The notes under the pieces are model-generated. The model searched no databases. It had not been told where the DNA came from and saw only the letters and a program-made list of their open reading frames with translations. This document shows, piece by piece, positions 17,632-31,264 of a stretch of DNA of 32,000 nt. Position numbers and translations under genes: made by a program. The stretch's first letter is position 1; every line of letters begins with the position of its first letter. Origin of the DNA: Dokdonella sp. (GTDB lineage Bacteria > Pseudomonadota > Gammaproteobacteria > Xanthomonadales > Rhodanobacteraceae); the NCBI GenBank assembly GCA_040002595.1, contig JBDUED010000002.1, forward strand, positions 32,465 to 64,464, read 5' to 3'.

Positions 17632-18228
17632 TCAAAGCAACGCCGCTTGGCCGCCGTCGTAGACCGGCGTGTCGCCGATCAGGTGCGCCGCCGCACGGAA
17701 CGCATGTTCCGCCGTTTTGCCCGGTCCCATGATGTGCACGACATGCCAGCCGTGCAACAACAGGTCATCGGCAATCATCGAACGATGACACCTCCACCAG
17801 AGCAATTCCGCGCACATGATTGCGCAGCGTTGCTCCGTCGCCAGCGCACTGAGCGCGGCGAAGGCCTCACGAAATTCGGTGCTGGCCATGTGATCCGCGT
17901 AGCCGCGGAACGCCGGGTTGCGCCATTGGGTATTGGGCGAGTCCGCACGCACTTTGCGTCGACCACCCAAAGCGGCAACATGACAATAGGCGATGCCGGC
18001 AGCGGGCAAGGACGCAGCCAAGGCGTCGGTGTGGAAGTGCGGATACCGGCGCGAACCGGGAAAGCGGCGCACATCGATCAGGACCTCGATGCGGTTTTCG
18101 GTGAGCAGGCCAATGAACGCATCGATGTCACGCGTGGAATGGCCAATGGTCCAGAGCGTTTTCGTTGCATCCATCTTCATGTCGACTCGCGCGTGTCCTG
18201 CGGTTTCGTTCGCGTACAGGACAGCCAT
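17632..18228 (-). CDS. DUF488 domain-containing protein
   Basis: ORF 17632..18315 trimmed to ATG 18228 (MAVLYANE...) with GGGGGAG 5 nt upstream. DUF488 hallmarks are present: LWTIGHSTR, LIDVRRFPGSR and CAELLWWRCHR. Confidence 0.85.
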   Translation of the reverse strand: MAVLYANETAGHARVDMKMDATKTLWTIGHSTRDIDAFIGLLTENRIEVLIDVRRFPGSRRYPHFHTDALAASLPAAGIAYCHVAALGGRRKVRADSPNTQWRNPAFRGYADHMASTEFREAFAALSALATEQRCAIMCAELLWWRCHRSMIADDLLLHGWHVVHIMGPGKTAEHAFRAAAHLIGDTPVYDGGQAALL

Positions 18229-18319
18229 CGCGTCTCCCCCTTTTGACCCGCGACGTCGCCCCCATGTTGGCCAACGATGGTCCTTGCGACCTGAATCGTT
18301 CCTCTTGCGGAGCATATCG

Positions 18320-18526
18320 ATGCTGACCTTTCTCCTGTGGCTGCTGTTGCTGGTTTTTTGCTGGCCGCTCGCCTTGCTTGCCGTGCTGTTGTATCCGATC
18401 GTCTGGCTGATAGCGCTGCCGTTCCGCTTGCTTGGATTCGCGGTTGAGGGCGTATTCCAGTTGCTGCGCGCGATGATTTTGCTGCCGGCACGTGTCCTTG
18501 GCGGGCGCGGGGTAGTCGCGCGTTAG
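18320..18526 (+). CDS. Small hydrophobic protein (68 aa, two predicted TM helices), hypothetical
   Basis: The ATG at 18320 lies inside track ORF 17993..18526, whose upstream part is antisense to the DUF488 gene. Sequence: MLTFLLWLLLLVFCWPLALLAVLLYPIVWLIALPFRLLGFAVEGVF... Codon third positions are mostly G/C. No family was recognised. Confidence 0.5.
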   Translation: MLTFLLWLLLLVFCWPLALLAVLLYPIVWLIALPFRLLGFAVEGVFQLLRAMILLPARVLGGRGVVAR

Positions 18527-18840
18527 ATTCCTGCACGCTTCATGGCGGGCGGCAGCCAGCACGGTTCGCCCGCCTCGAAACCGACACGCCCGGCACGAAA
18601 TTCGCTGCCGCCAGCTCGCGCGACGCTTTAACCAGCCAGGTGTGTTGTTCGGGCGGCTCATCCGCATGGAAAGCGGCCGGCGTCCATACCGCAATGCGTG
18701 CGCGATGCTGCGGAACAAGACGGACCGATAACAGATCAGCGCGACATGCGCTTCGCGTGCGACACGCGTCGCGCCTGCGTCGCGACATGGCTGGCCGGAT
18801 CTTCCCAGTGCTTCGCTGGCGATCGAACGGCGTGGTGCTC

Positions 18841-22387
<3,547 letters not shown>

Positions 22388-22714
22388 CGAGGCCACGCTC
22401 CGGCGTCGATCATAACCGGAGGGGACGACAGCTGCGGTCAGGAATCGGGATCAACTATGCAGCGTTGTTTTCGTCAGTCAAGATCGGACGCGTTTGATGC
22501 AAGATCTCAAAGCATGCCGGGTGATACACCGGGCAAAACCGGCGAAAGAACTTGGCGCACGGCGCCTTACACCCTTGCGGGGGGATTTCGCGAATTTCGA
22601 TTCAACAGGAAATCCCGTTCTCCTTATCGAAACCCAGGCATGGTTCATTCAGCCGCGCGATTTGCCGCCGCCCCTATCGCTGCTTCGACGAACAACTTGT
22701 CAGGTCGTGGTCCC

Positions 22715-22740
22715 CGCCGGCACTTTGCTGCGTGCCGGCG
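22715..22740 (-). terminator. GC-rich hairpin 14 nt downstream of the comM stop (terminator or RNA-stabilising stem)
   Basis: Perfect 9-bp stem CGCCGGCAC (22715-22723) / GTGCCGGCG (22732-22740) with an 8-nt loop. No U-tract follows on the minus strand, so this is not a classic intrinsic terminator. Confidence 0.4.
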
Positions 22741-22754
22741 CTTCCTCCTGCTGG

Positions 22755-24257
22755 CTAGCCCGCTTCAAAACGCCGGTACTGGATCGATTCGGACAGGTGC
22801 GCCGCATCGATGTGCTGGCATTGGGCGAGGTCGGCAATCGTGCGCGCCACGCGCAGTACGCGGTGGTAGGCGCGCGCCGAAAGGCCGAGGCGCTCGACCG
22901 CGTGATCGAGCAGCGCGTGCAGGCGCTCATCGAGCACGCAATCGCGTTCGACTTCACGGTTGCCGAGGGCCGCGTTCGTCTTGCCGGCGCGATCGAGCTG
23001 GCGCGCGCGTGCGTCGATCACCCGTGCGCGTACGGTTGCGCTGTCTTCGCCGCGAGCCGTGTCGCGCAATTGCGCATGCGGCACGCGCGGCATTTCGAGT
23101 TTCAAGTCGATGCGATCGAGTAGCGGCCCGGACAAACGCGAGCGATAGCGCGCGATCGCATCGGGCGTGCAGCGGCAGCGCCCCGACGGATCGCCGGCAT
23201 AGCCGCACGGACACGGATTCATCGTCGCCACGAGTTGGAAGCAGGCCGGAAATTCAGCCTGCCGCGCTGCACGTGAAATCGCGATGCGTCCGGATTCGAG
23301 CGGCTCGCGCAGGACCTCAAGCACGTGCCGGTCGAACTCGGGCAGCTCATCGAGAAACAACACGCCGTGATGCGCCAGCGAGATTTCGCCAGGCCGCGGA
23401 ACCGAGCCACCGCCAACCAGGGCGACTGCGGAAGCGGTGTGATGCGGCGCGCGAAACGCGCGCATTTTCCACAATGCGACATCACTGTCGTGGCCAGCGA
23501 CCGAGCGGATGGCGGCCAGTTCCAGCGCCTCGCGTTCGTCCAGCGGCGGCAGGATGCCGGGCAGGCGGCTCGCGAGCATCGTCTTGCCGGTGCCTGGCGG
23601 CCCTACCAGCAGCAGATTATGCATTCCAGCCGCGGCGATCTCGAGTGCACGTCGCGCTTGTTGCTGGCCGCGCACCTCCGACAGATCGGCGACAGACGTC
23701 TTCGGCGTCGCCGATTCGTCGCTTGCAACCGCCGCCGGCAAATCGATGCGCCCGGCCAGATGCGCGCACACCTCCAGCAACGATCCGGCCACGCGCACGT
23801 CGGCGCCGCTAACCAGTGCCGCTTCTGCACCGTTCTCGCGCGGCACCACCACGCGGCGTCCTGCGCGCGTCGCGTGCAGCACCGCCGGCAGCACCCCACG
23901 CACCGGGCGCAGTTCACCCGACAGCGCCAGTTCGCCGATGAATTCGCAATCGGCAAGGGCTGCGTGCGGCAGCATGCCATTGGCCGCAAGGATGCCGAGG
24001 GCGATGGGCAGATCAAAGCGCCCGCCATCTTTGGGCAGGTCGGCCGGCGCGAGATTCACGGTCACCCGGCGCTGCGGATAATCAAGTTGCGCGTTGAGGA
24101 TCGCCGCGCGCACGCGGTCGCGCGCTTCCTTCACCGCAGTTTCGGGCAAGCCGACAATCGAGGTGCCAGGCAAGCCGCCGGACAGGTGCACTTCGCAGGT
24201 GACCAGCGGCGCATCGATGCCGTCCTGCGCGCGCGTGTAGACAATTGCCAGACTCAT
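22755..24257 (-). CDS. comM: YifB/ComM family Mg-chelatase-like AAA+ ATPase
   Basis: ORF 22755..24257. Lon-protease-like N-terminal domain (GLPGTSIVGLPETAVKEARDRV), Walker A LLVGPPGTGKTMLA, LFLDELPEF (Walker B), and a C-terminal ChlI-like region. Full length is 500 aa. Confidence 0.95.
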   Translation of the reverse strand: MSLAIVYTRAQDGIDAPLVTCEVHLSGGLPGTSIVGLPETAVKEARDRVRAAILNAQLDYPQRRVTVNLAPADLPKDGGRFDLPIALGILAANGMLPHAALADCEFIGELALSGELRPVRGVLPAVLHATRAGRRVVVPRENGAEAALVSGADVRVAGSLLEVCAHLAGRIDLPAAVASDESATPKTSVADLSEVRGQQQARRALEIAAAGMHNLLLVGPPGTGKTMLASRLPGILPPLDEREALELAAIRSVAGHDSDVALWKMRAFRAPHHTASAVALVGGGSVPRPGEISLAHHGVLFLDELPEFDRHVLEVLREPLESGRIAISRAARQAEFPACFQLVATMNPCPCGYAGDPSGRCRCTPDAIARYRSRLSGPLLDRIDLKLEMPRVPHAQLRDTARGEDSATVRARVIDARARQLDRAGKTNAALGNREVERDCVLDERLHALLDHAVERLGLSARAYHRVLRVARTIADLAQCQHIDAAHLSESIQYRRFEAG

Positions 24258-24443
24258 CCACGCGATCTCGCAAAAGAGCCTGTGACTCGCGTCGTGGGGT
24301 GAACAGTGCCGGACAGCAGGCGTTCCGTGAAAAAATCGGTGCGAAGTGGAGACATCGGCGCGGTAGTCCGGTTAACGGGCGTGCAACGGCCCGCCGCCAC
24401 CGTGAGCGGCGGCGCTTTCGAGAAATCAGGAGTGCAAGGCGCG

Positions 24444-24713
24444 TCAGTGTTTGGGTTGCGATGCGCTGCTGCCGACAAACCGCTCCAGCGCGAGTACCTG
24501 TTGTTCGAGCTCCTCGATCTTCTCGCGCGTACGCAGCAAAACGCAGCGCTGCACATCGAATTCCTCGCGCGTGACCAGATCGAGATCACGCAAGCCCGCT
24601 TGCAGCGCGCTGCGAAAGGTTGCCGTCATGTCCTCGCGCGCCTGCTTGAGGCCCGAAGGAACCAGTGCGGCAAGGCGCTGCGCCAGCGCGTCGACAGATT
24701 GGACATTGATCAC
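24444..24713 (-). CDS. ubiK: Ubiquinone biosynthesis accessory factor UbiK (YqiC/BMFP family)
   Basis: ORF 24444..24713, 89 aa. Contains the family block LDLVTREEFDVQRCVLLRTREKIEELEQQVLALE and a coiled-coil C-terminus. Confidence 0.85.
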   Translation of the reverse strand: MINVQSVDALAQRLAALVPSGLKQAREDMTATFRSALQAGLRDLDLVTREEFDVQRCVLLRTREKIEELEQQVLALERFVGSSASQPKH

Positions 24714-24970
24714 AGGTCACCCCGGTCATGCATTGAAACGATGATTCTCGCGCGAATTCCGGTGTGCTGGAAAATCGCGTCCTTCTTGTGAAGGGTAGCG
24801 GCCGCTCGCACGTGGTGCAGTTCCATCACGCGGGTTCATTGCGGCGGCCCGCGGGCTAGGCGCGCTTCGATTCCCTGGGGCGACCGGTAACGGCCGCTTC
24901 GCGACGGTTACCGGCCACGCCTCCGTGCGTCGTCGTTCCCTCGACTTGTTTCCCCACAGCCGCAGCATAG

Positions 24971-25432
<462 letters not shown>

Positions 25433-25538
25433 TGGCAGCGGTTGGAAGCCAGTAGGGCTGAACAAAGCGCAAAGGCCGATCCGCCGCTGCGCCGCTTGAT
25501 CCGACCTGCGCACTGAATTACCCACAAATTCTCTCGTC

Positions 25539-26096
25539 TCAGCGCAGCACAATCCACAACCCAAGCGCGGCAAACAATATGGCAGCGCCGACGCGCGCAG
25601 CTAGCAACGGCAGCCTCGCTGCAAAGCGTGAACCGAGCCACACCACAGGCACGTTGGCGAGCAGCATGCCGAGCGTGCTGCCGGCGACAACCTGCCACAG
25701 CGGGTGATATTGCGCTGCGAGGACGACAGTGGCGATCTGTGTCTTGTCGCCCATCTCGGCGAGAAAGAATGCAATCACGGTGGCGAACAACACGCTGTGT
25801 CCAGCGCCGCGCGCGGCATCTTCCGATTCGATCTTGTCCGGAATCAGCGTCCACGCGGCAACTGCGAAAAAACTCGTTGCTACGATCCATTTCAAGCTCT
25901 GCGGCGCCAGCCATTCAGCGACCAGCGCGCCGACCGAACCAGCAAGCGCGTGATTGACGATCGTTGCGACGAAAATACCGAGGCAGATCGGCCACGGGCG
26001 GCGGTATTTCGCGGCGAGGATCAGCGACAGCAATTGGGTCTTGTCGCCGATCTCGGCAATCGCGACCGCGGCGGTCGAAATGAGCAGGGTTTGCAT
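25539..26096 (-). CDS. GDT1/TMEM165 (UPF0016) family cation (Mn2+/Ca2+) transporter
   Basis: ORF 25539..26114 (TTG) trimmed to ATG 26096 (MQTLLIST...). It has two copies of the E-x-G-D-K-T signature (AEIGDKTQ and AEMGDKTQ) in a six-helix protein. Confidence 0.85.
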   Translation of the reverse strand: MQTLLISTAAVAIAEIGDKTQLLSLILAAKYRRPWPICLGIFVATIVNHALAGSVGALVAEWLAPQSLKWIVATSFFAVAAWTLIPDKIESEDAARGAGHSVLFATVIAFFLAEMGDKTQIATVVLAAQYHPLWQVVAGSTLGMLLANVPVVWLGSRFAARLPLLAARVGAAILFAALGLWIVLR

Positions 26097-26192
26097 GCAT
26101 GGGTGCCAGCACAAAAGTGTCGGCAGCCTACACGATCGTGTTGAACGCCCGTATCGATCGAATGCGCAGCACAGGGTCGGCCACCCGCATCA

Positions 26193-27191
26193 TCATGCGC
26201 CCCGATCGGCGCGCAGCGTCCTGGCCGCGTGCGCGTCCCCGGCCGAGGCGCGTCCGACCAGCACGCCGAGTGCGATGATCCCCGCAATGACCAAGGCCGC
26301 GCCAGCGACGGCGTAGCCATGGGGAGCTTGCTCGCCGAGCAGGACCATCCCGAGCACGGTCGAGAACAGCAGTTCGGCAGCCTGCATCGCCTCCACCGCG
26401 CCGAGTGCGGCCGGATCGTCCTGCACCATCGCGGTCGCCTGGAAAAACAGGATCGTCGCGATGGTCCCGGCGAATAGCGCGACGCCCGCCGCGAGCACCA
26501 CCTGCATCGGCGTCGGCGCACCGGCGACGTGGCCCGCGTAGACCGCGACGACCCACCAGAACGGCTGGCTTGCCAGGGTCATGCCAAACACGCGCTGGGT
26601 CGCGTTCAGGATTTCGCCGCTGCGTTCCAGATGCAGCAAGATGGCGCGATTGCCGAGCGGATAAAGGAACGCCGCGGCGGTGACGCTGGCGAGGGCGAGC
26701 CATGCACTGCGCTCGAGATGCCCGTGAAAATGCGCGGCCTGCATGATTGCGACGCCGGCGACAATCACGCCGCCGAGCGCAAGTGCGCGGCGTGGCAAGC
26801 GCGCACGCTGATCGCGATACAGCAACGGCCCCAGCAGCATGCCGGCAATCACGGTCAACTGGAACGTGCCGGCGACCAGCCACGCCGGCGCGTAAGCGGC
26901 CGCCCAGGTCAGGCATACGCAAAACAGCGTGAAGCCGATGCCGCTCCATGCGAGCCACACGCACGGATGCGCGCGCAATGCGTGCCACACCGGCGCGAAG
27001 CCGCCACGAAACGGCAACGCGAGTGCCAGCATCGGCAAGCTCAGAAGATAACGAAGCGACGCCGACCATGCCCAGTGTCCGCCGGCGTCGGCCATCGCGC
27101 GATTGAACACATAGGTTGCTGTAAAGAACAGTGCGGATGCTAGCGCTAGCAGAACGGCGATGAGGGCAACGCGACGGTTAGGCGAAGTCAT
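26193..27191 (-). CDS. DMT-superfamily (EamA / multidrug-efflux-like) 10-TM transporter
   Basis: ORF 26193..27191, 332 aa, ATG start. It is hydrophobic throughout, with a two-fold internal repeat architecture typical of DMT proteins. It starts only 17 nt downstream of the bioC stop on the same strand. Confidence 0.8.
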   Translation of the reverse strand: MTSPNRRVALIAVLLALASALFFTATYVFNRAMADAGGHWAWSASLRYLLSLPMLALALPFRGGFAPVWHALRAHPCVWLAWSGIGFTLFCVCLTWAAAYAPAWLVAGTFQLTVIAGMLLGPLLYRDQRARLPRRALALGGVIVAGVAIMQAAHFHGHLERSAWLALASVTAAAFLYPLGNRAILLHLERSGEILNATQRVFGMTLASQPFWWVVAVYAGHVAGAPTPMQVVLAAGVALFAGTIATILFFQATAMVQDDPAALGAVEAMQAAELLFSTVLGMVLLGEQAPHGYAVAGAALVIAGIIALGVLVGRASAGDAHAARTLRADRGA

Positions 27192-27208
27192 CGTGACGTA
27201 TCTCGCAA

Positions 27209-28129
27209 TCAGCGCCGCCGGCTGCCGCGCAGGCGCTCGATGGGAAAGCTCGCGACATCTTCGCCGCCGTGCCGCCGCGGCTGTCCCGGTTCGGGCGCGC
27301 GTGCCTGCGCGTAGACGACTTCGTACGTCGCCGGCAACACACCGTCGCGGCGAAACGTTTCGTAGGCCGCGACCACGTGCTGCAAATGCTGCTTGCCCAT
27401 CAGCGAACGCTGGCGTTGCACGTCGGCATTGGTCGCGCCGATCGCGCGCAACTCACGCATGAGCGTACGCGCATCGGCATAGGTCAGGATGAAGTCGTCG
27501 CGTTCGAGCACCGGATCGCGAAAGCCGGTCGCCAGCAATGCATCGCCGATGTCGTGCATGTCCACAAAACGGCTGACATGCGGCGTCTTGTCGACGCTGG
27601 CGAAGGCACTGCGCAATTCGTGCAGGGTGCCCGGCCCGAATGTGCTGAACAACACAATGCCGCCCGGACGCAACACGCGATGAAATTCGGCCAGGGCGAG
27701 TCCGGGATCTTCGCACCATTGCAGGCACAGGTTCGAGTGGACCAAATCGATGCTCGCGTCGGCGAACGGCAATGCCTGCGCGTCGGCGCACACCAGCGCC
27801 GTGCCCCGATGGGTTGTGGGAGCGCCGGGAGACGCGATTTTTCCATCGGCGGGTGTTGTCAACAATGCCGCGGCGCTTTGCAACATCGGCAATGCCAGAT
27901 CGACTGCGATCACCTCAGCCTGCGCGTATCGCGCGCGTAAAGCCGCGCTGCCGCGACCGGGCCCACAGCCGACATCGAGCACGCGTGCCGGCGCGAACGC
28001 GGTGTCTTCGTCGATGCGCTCGCGCAGGCGCTGCGCGACTTCGGTCTGCAACACCGCATGCGCATCATAGGTGGCGGCTGCGCGACCGAATGCGCGGCGG
28101 ATCCGGGTCTGGTCGAGACCTGCGCTCAT
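27209..28129 (-). CDS. bioC: Malonyl-[acyl-carrier protein] O-methyltransferase
   Basis: ORF 27209..28129. Contains FGRAAATYDAHAVLQ and SAM motif I (VLDVGCGPG). Its ATG overlaps the bioH stop as ATGA (28126-28129), suggesting translational coupling. Confidence 0.9.
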   Translation of the reverse strand: MSAGLDQTRIRRAFGRAAATYDAHAVLQTEVAQRLRERIDEDTAFAPARVLDVGCGPGRGSAALRARYAQAEVIAVDLALPMLQSAAALLTTPADGKIASPGAPTTHRGTALVCADAQALPFADASIDLVHSNLCLQWCEDPGLALAEFHRVLRPGGIVLFSTFGPGTLHELRSAFASVDKTPHVSRFVDMHDIGDALLATGFRDPVLERDDFILTYADARTLMRELRAIGATNADVQRQRSLMGKQHLQHVVAAYETFRRDGVLPATYEVVYAQARAPEPGQPRRHGGEDVASFPIERLRGSRRR

Positions 28130-28887
28130 GGCGGCAATTGTGCCGCGAACGCGACAATCGCAGTGGCGATCTCGGCGGCGTGATCGAGAAATGGCGCATG
28201 CCCGCTGTTGAACTCAAGATAGGACCCGTGCGGGGCATGGGTTGCCGCCCACTGCATCGCCGTCGGTGGCACCAGTCGATCGCGTCGGCCGGCAATCCAC
28301 AAACTGGGCATCGCAAGCTGCGCCAGATTCGCCCGCAGATCGCTCGCGTTGAGCGTGCGCAGACCATCGGCAAGCGATTGCGCATCGGGTTGGCCGCGCG
28401 TGAACACGCTCTGCTTGAGTTCGCGCAACCGCGTTTGCGCATGCGCCGAGCCCATCGTTTCCAGCGCAAGAAAGCGCTCGACTGCGTGGCGATAGTGGGT
28501 GCGCAATTCAGTGCCAAACTCGGCAAACACGCTGGTTGCAACGCCGTGCGGCCAGTCGGCCCCGGCGACAAAGCGTGGGCTCGACGCAATAAGTCCAAGC
28601 CCGCGCACGCGCTCACGGCAATCGAGCGCTGCGCGCAACGCCACAAGGCCACCGAGTGACCAGCCGATCCATAGCGCACGCGGCGTTGCCGCGGCGAGAC
28701 GCCGCGCGCAATCGTCGACATCGAAGCGGCTTTCATCGCGGCTGTAGCCATGTCCGGGAAGATCCACCGCGTGCACGCGGAAATGCGCGACAAGCTTTTC
28801 GGTAAGGGCCGCGAAGATGCCCGCGTGCATGCCCCAGCCGTGGACCAAGACCAGGTCAGCGCCGCTTCCTTGCACATCGATATGCAT
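28126..28887 (-). CDS. bioH: Pimeloyl-[acyl-carrier protein] methyl ester esterase
   Basis: ORF 28126..28887. Alpha/beta hydrolase with LVLVHGWG, nucleophile elbow GWSLGG and a C-terminal GHAPF (catalytic His). It sits between bioF and bioC. Confidence 0.9.
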   Translation of the reverse strand: MHIDVQGSGADLVLVHGWGMHAGIFAALTEKLVAHFRVHAVDLPGHGYSRDESRFDVDDCARRLAAATPRALWIGWSLGGLVALRAALDCRERVRGLGLIASSPRFVAGADWPHGVATSVFAEFGTELRTHYRHAVERFLALETMGSAHAQTRLRELKQSVFTRGQPDAQSLADGLRTLNASDLRANLAQLAMPSLWIAGRRDRLVPPTAMQWAATHAPHGSYLEFNSGHAPFLDHAAEIATAIVAFAAQLPP

Positions 28888-28920
28888 GAGGTTCGTTTTT
28901 TTGTATTGAAACCCCGCCCA

Positions 28921-30171
28921 TCAAGACGGGGATTGCGTTGAGAGGGTGTGGCGCGGCAACGTTGCTGGCAAGAGCGCTGTGGCACGCGACGCCGCGGCAA
29001 GTGCATCGAGCAAGCGCTCGACATCGCTTTCGGAATGCAGTGCCGACAGCGCGACACGCAAGCGCGCGTGACCCACACGCACCGTCGGCGGCCTGATTGC
29101 CGGCACGAAAAACCCGGCGTCTTCGAGACGCGCCGACACGCCGAGCGCCTGCGAACTGTCACCGATCCGTACAGGCTGGATCGGCGTGCGCGATGCCAGC
29201 AACACGATGCCTCGCGATGCCGCGCCGTGGCGGAAATGTTCAATCAGGCGCAGCAGGCGATCGCGCCGCCAGTCCTCGAAGCGTGCGATATCGATCGCTG
29301 CGCGCGTGGCCGTGGCCAGTGCCGGCGGCAGTGCGGTGGTGTAAACGAAGCTGCGAGCGCCCTGCACCAGCGCGTCGACAAGCGCAGCGCTGCCGGCCAC
29401 AAACGCACCGGCCACTCCGATTGCCTTGCCGAGCGTTGCCATCAGCACCGGCACGTCATTCTGGCTGAGACCTGCTTCGACCACGCTGCCCGCACCCTCG
29501 GCCCCGAGCACGCCGATCCCGTGCGCGTCGTCGACCATCAGCGTGGTGCGTTGCATTGTGCACAACGAAGCCAATTGCACCAGTGGTGCAATATCACCGT
29601 CCATGCTGAATACGCCATCGGTCGCGAGCAGCGCGGCAGCGCCGGGACGCGATTCGAGCTGGCGCGCGGCACCTGCGACATCGGCGTGCGCGTAGCGTTT
29701 GAGCTCGCATCCGGCCAGATGCGCCGCGTCGAGCAGGCTGGCGTGGTCAAGTTTGTCCTGCACGCACAGATCGCCCTTTCCGAGCAGCGCACCCAGCACG
29801 CCGAGGTTGGCCATGTAGCCGGTCGAGAACAGCAACGCGCGTTCGCGCCCGGTCCAGCGCGCCAATGAGTTTTCGAGCGCCGCATGTTCATCACGATGAC
29901 CACCGAGCAGGTGCGCCGCGCTGGCGCCAACGCCCCAGCGCGCTGCTGCGCCGACCAACGCCTCGCGCAACGCAGGATGCTGGGCCAGACCCAGATAATC
30001 GTTGCTGGCGAAGTTCAGCAGCCGGCGACCGTCGATCCACACCTGCGCGCCGTCGACCGCTTCGACTGTGCGCAACCGACGCAGCAGCGAATTTTGTGCG
30101 CGTTTGGCGTGGGCCACGGCGAGACGTTCGAGCAGATCGGGACGCACGCGCCTTCCATCCGCCGCTTGCAA
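28921..30171 (-). CDS. bioF: 8-amino-7-oxononanoate synthase
   Basis: ORF 28921..30171 (TTG start, 2 nt after the bioB stop; GTG 30147 is an alternative). Contains NFASNDYLGL, DDAHGIGVLG and the PLP-lysine block ATLGKAIG. Confidence 0.9.
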   Translation of the reverse strand: MQAADGRRVRPDLLERLAVAHAKRAQNSLLRRLRTVEAVDGAQVWIDGRRLLNFASNDYLGLAQHPALREALVGAAARWGVGASAAHLLGGHRDEHAALENSLARWTGRERALLFSTGYMANLGVLGALLGKGDLCVQDKLDHASLLDAAHLAGCELKRYAHADVAGAARQLESRPGAAALLATDGVFSMDGDIAPLVQLASLCTMQRTTLMVDDAHGIGVLGAEGAGSVVEAGLSQNDVPVLMATLGKAIGVAGAFVAGSAALVDALVQGARSFVYTTALPPALATATRAAIDIARFEDWRRDRLLRLIEHFRHGAASRGIVLLASRTPIQPVRIGDSSQALGVSARLEDAGFFVPAIRPPTVRVGHARLRVALSALHSESDVERLLDALAAASRATALLPATLPRHTLSTQSPS

Positions 30172-30172
30172 G

Positions 30173-31183
30173 TCAGGCCGCGGCTTCGGCCGCGGGCCGC
30201 GCGGCGATGTCCGCGTGCACCGTGTCCGGCTCGATCCTCATCGCATGAATGCCGAGTCGCGCAAACAACGCCTGGTCGTGTTCGGTGTCCGGATTGCCGG
30301 TGGTCAGGAGTTTTTCGCCGTAGAAGATCGAGTTCGCGCCGGCGAAGAAACACAGTGCCTGCAGCTCGTCGCTCATCTCGGTGCGCCCCGCCGACAAGCG
30401 CACCATCGACACTGGCATCAGGATGCGCGCGACGGCAATCATGCGCACGAACTCGAACGGATCGAGTGCTGCGGTACCGGCCAGCGGTGTGCCTTCAACC
30501 TGCACCAGACGATTGATCGGCACCGATTGCGGATGCGCGGGCAAGGTTGCCAGCGTGTGCAGGAGTCCGGCGCGTTGCTCGCGCGTCTCGCCCATGCCGA
30601 CGATGCCGCCGCAGCAGGTTTTCAGTCCCGCATCGCGTACATGACCGAGTGTGTCGAGGCGATCCTGATACTCGCGCGTGTGGATAATCTCGCCGTAAAA
30701 CTCGGGCGCCGAATCGAGATTGTGGTTGTAGTAATCGAGGCCCGCATTTTTCAAGGCATCCGCCTGCACCGACGACAGCATGCCCAGCGTTGCGCAGGTT
30801 TCGAGTCCCAGCGCCTTGACCGCGCCGATCATTGCGGCGACTTTCGGAATGTCGCGATCCTTCGGCGAACGCCATGCTGCACCCATGCAAAAGCGCGATG
30901 CGCCCGCCGCCTTGGCCTGTTGCGCTTTCGCCAGCACCGCCTCGAGGCTCATCAATTTTTCGGCCTCGACCCCCGTTGCATAACGCGCGGCTTGCGGGCA
31001 ATAGGCGCAATCCTCGGGACAGCCGCCGGTCTTGATCGACAACAGCGTCGACACCTGCACCGCGTTCGCATCGTGATGGGCGCGATGCGTCGAGTGCGCG
31101 CGTTGCAGGAGATCGGCGAAGGGCAGGTCGAGCAGCGCGAGTACTTCTGCGCGGGTCCAGTCGTGGCGTGGGGCGGCGAGCAT
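30173..31183 (-). CDS. bioB: Biotin synthase (radical SAM)
   Basis: ORF 30173..31411 trimmed to ATG 31183 ([22 protein letters not shown]...), by analogy with BioB N-termini. ATG 31231 is an alternative. Contains the radical-SAM cluster motif [10 protein letters not shown], then YNHNLD and GETREQR. Confidence 0.93.
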   Translation of the reverse strand: MLAAPRHDWTRAEVLALLDLPFADLLQRAHSTHRAHHDANAVQVSTLLSIKTGGCPEDCAYCPQAARYATGVEAEKLMSLEAVLAKAQQAKAAGASRFCMGAAWRSPKDRDIPKVAAMIGAVKALGLETCATLGMLSSVQADALKNAGLDYYNHNLDSAPEFYGEIIHTREYQDRLDTLGHVRDAGLKTCCGGIVGMGETREQRAGLLHTLATLPAHPQSVPINRLVQVEGTPLAGTAALDPFEFVRMIAVARILMPVSMVRLSAGRTEMSDELQALCFFAGANSIFYGEKLLTTGNPDTEHDQALFARLGIHAMRIEPDTVHADIAARPAAEAAA

Positions 31184-31264
31184 GTGGAACGTCCAGTCGG
31201 TAGAGTAGGGAGCGAGACACTGTTTTTGCATTGCGTTTGCGAGTTTCGGGCGAGGCTGGGAGGC

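Noticed and set aside
24861-24880. tRNA T-loop-like string CTTCGATTCC in the ubiK/glnB spacer.
   Set aside because: The flanking bases cannot form a T-stem (GCGCG versus CCCTG), and no acceptor or anticodon arms could be built. It is not a tRNA or tmRNA fragment.
26097-26192. Possible yybP-ykoY (Mn2+) riboswitch upstream of the GDT1/UPF0016 transporter, a family sometimes controlled by it.
   Set aside because: The 96-nt spacer shows none of the conserved riboswitch core sequences I know (for example GGAGAGUAG-like or ACAUAC-like blocks). An Infernal scan would be decisive, but nothing is visible by eye.
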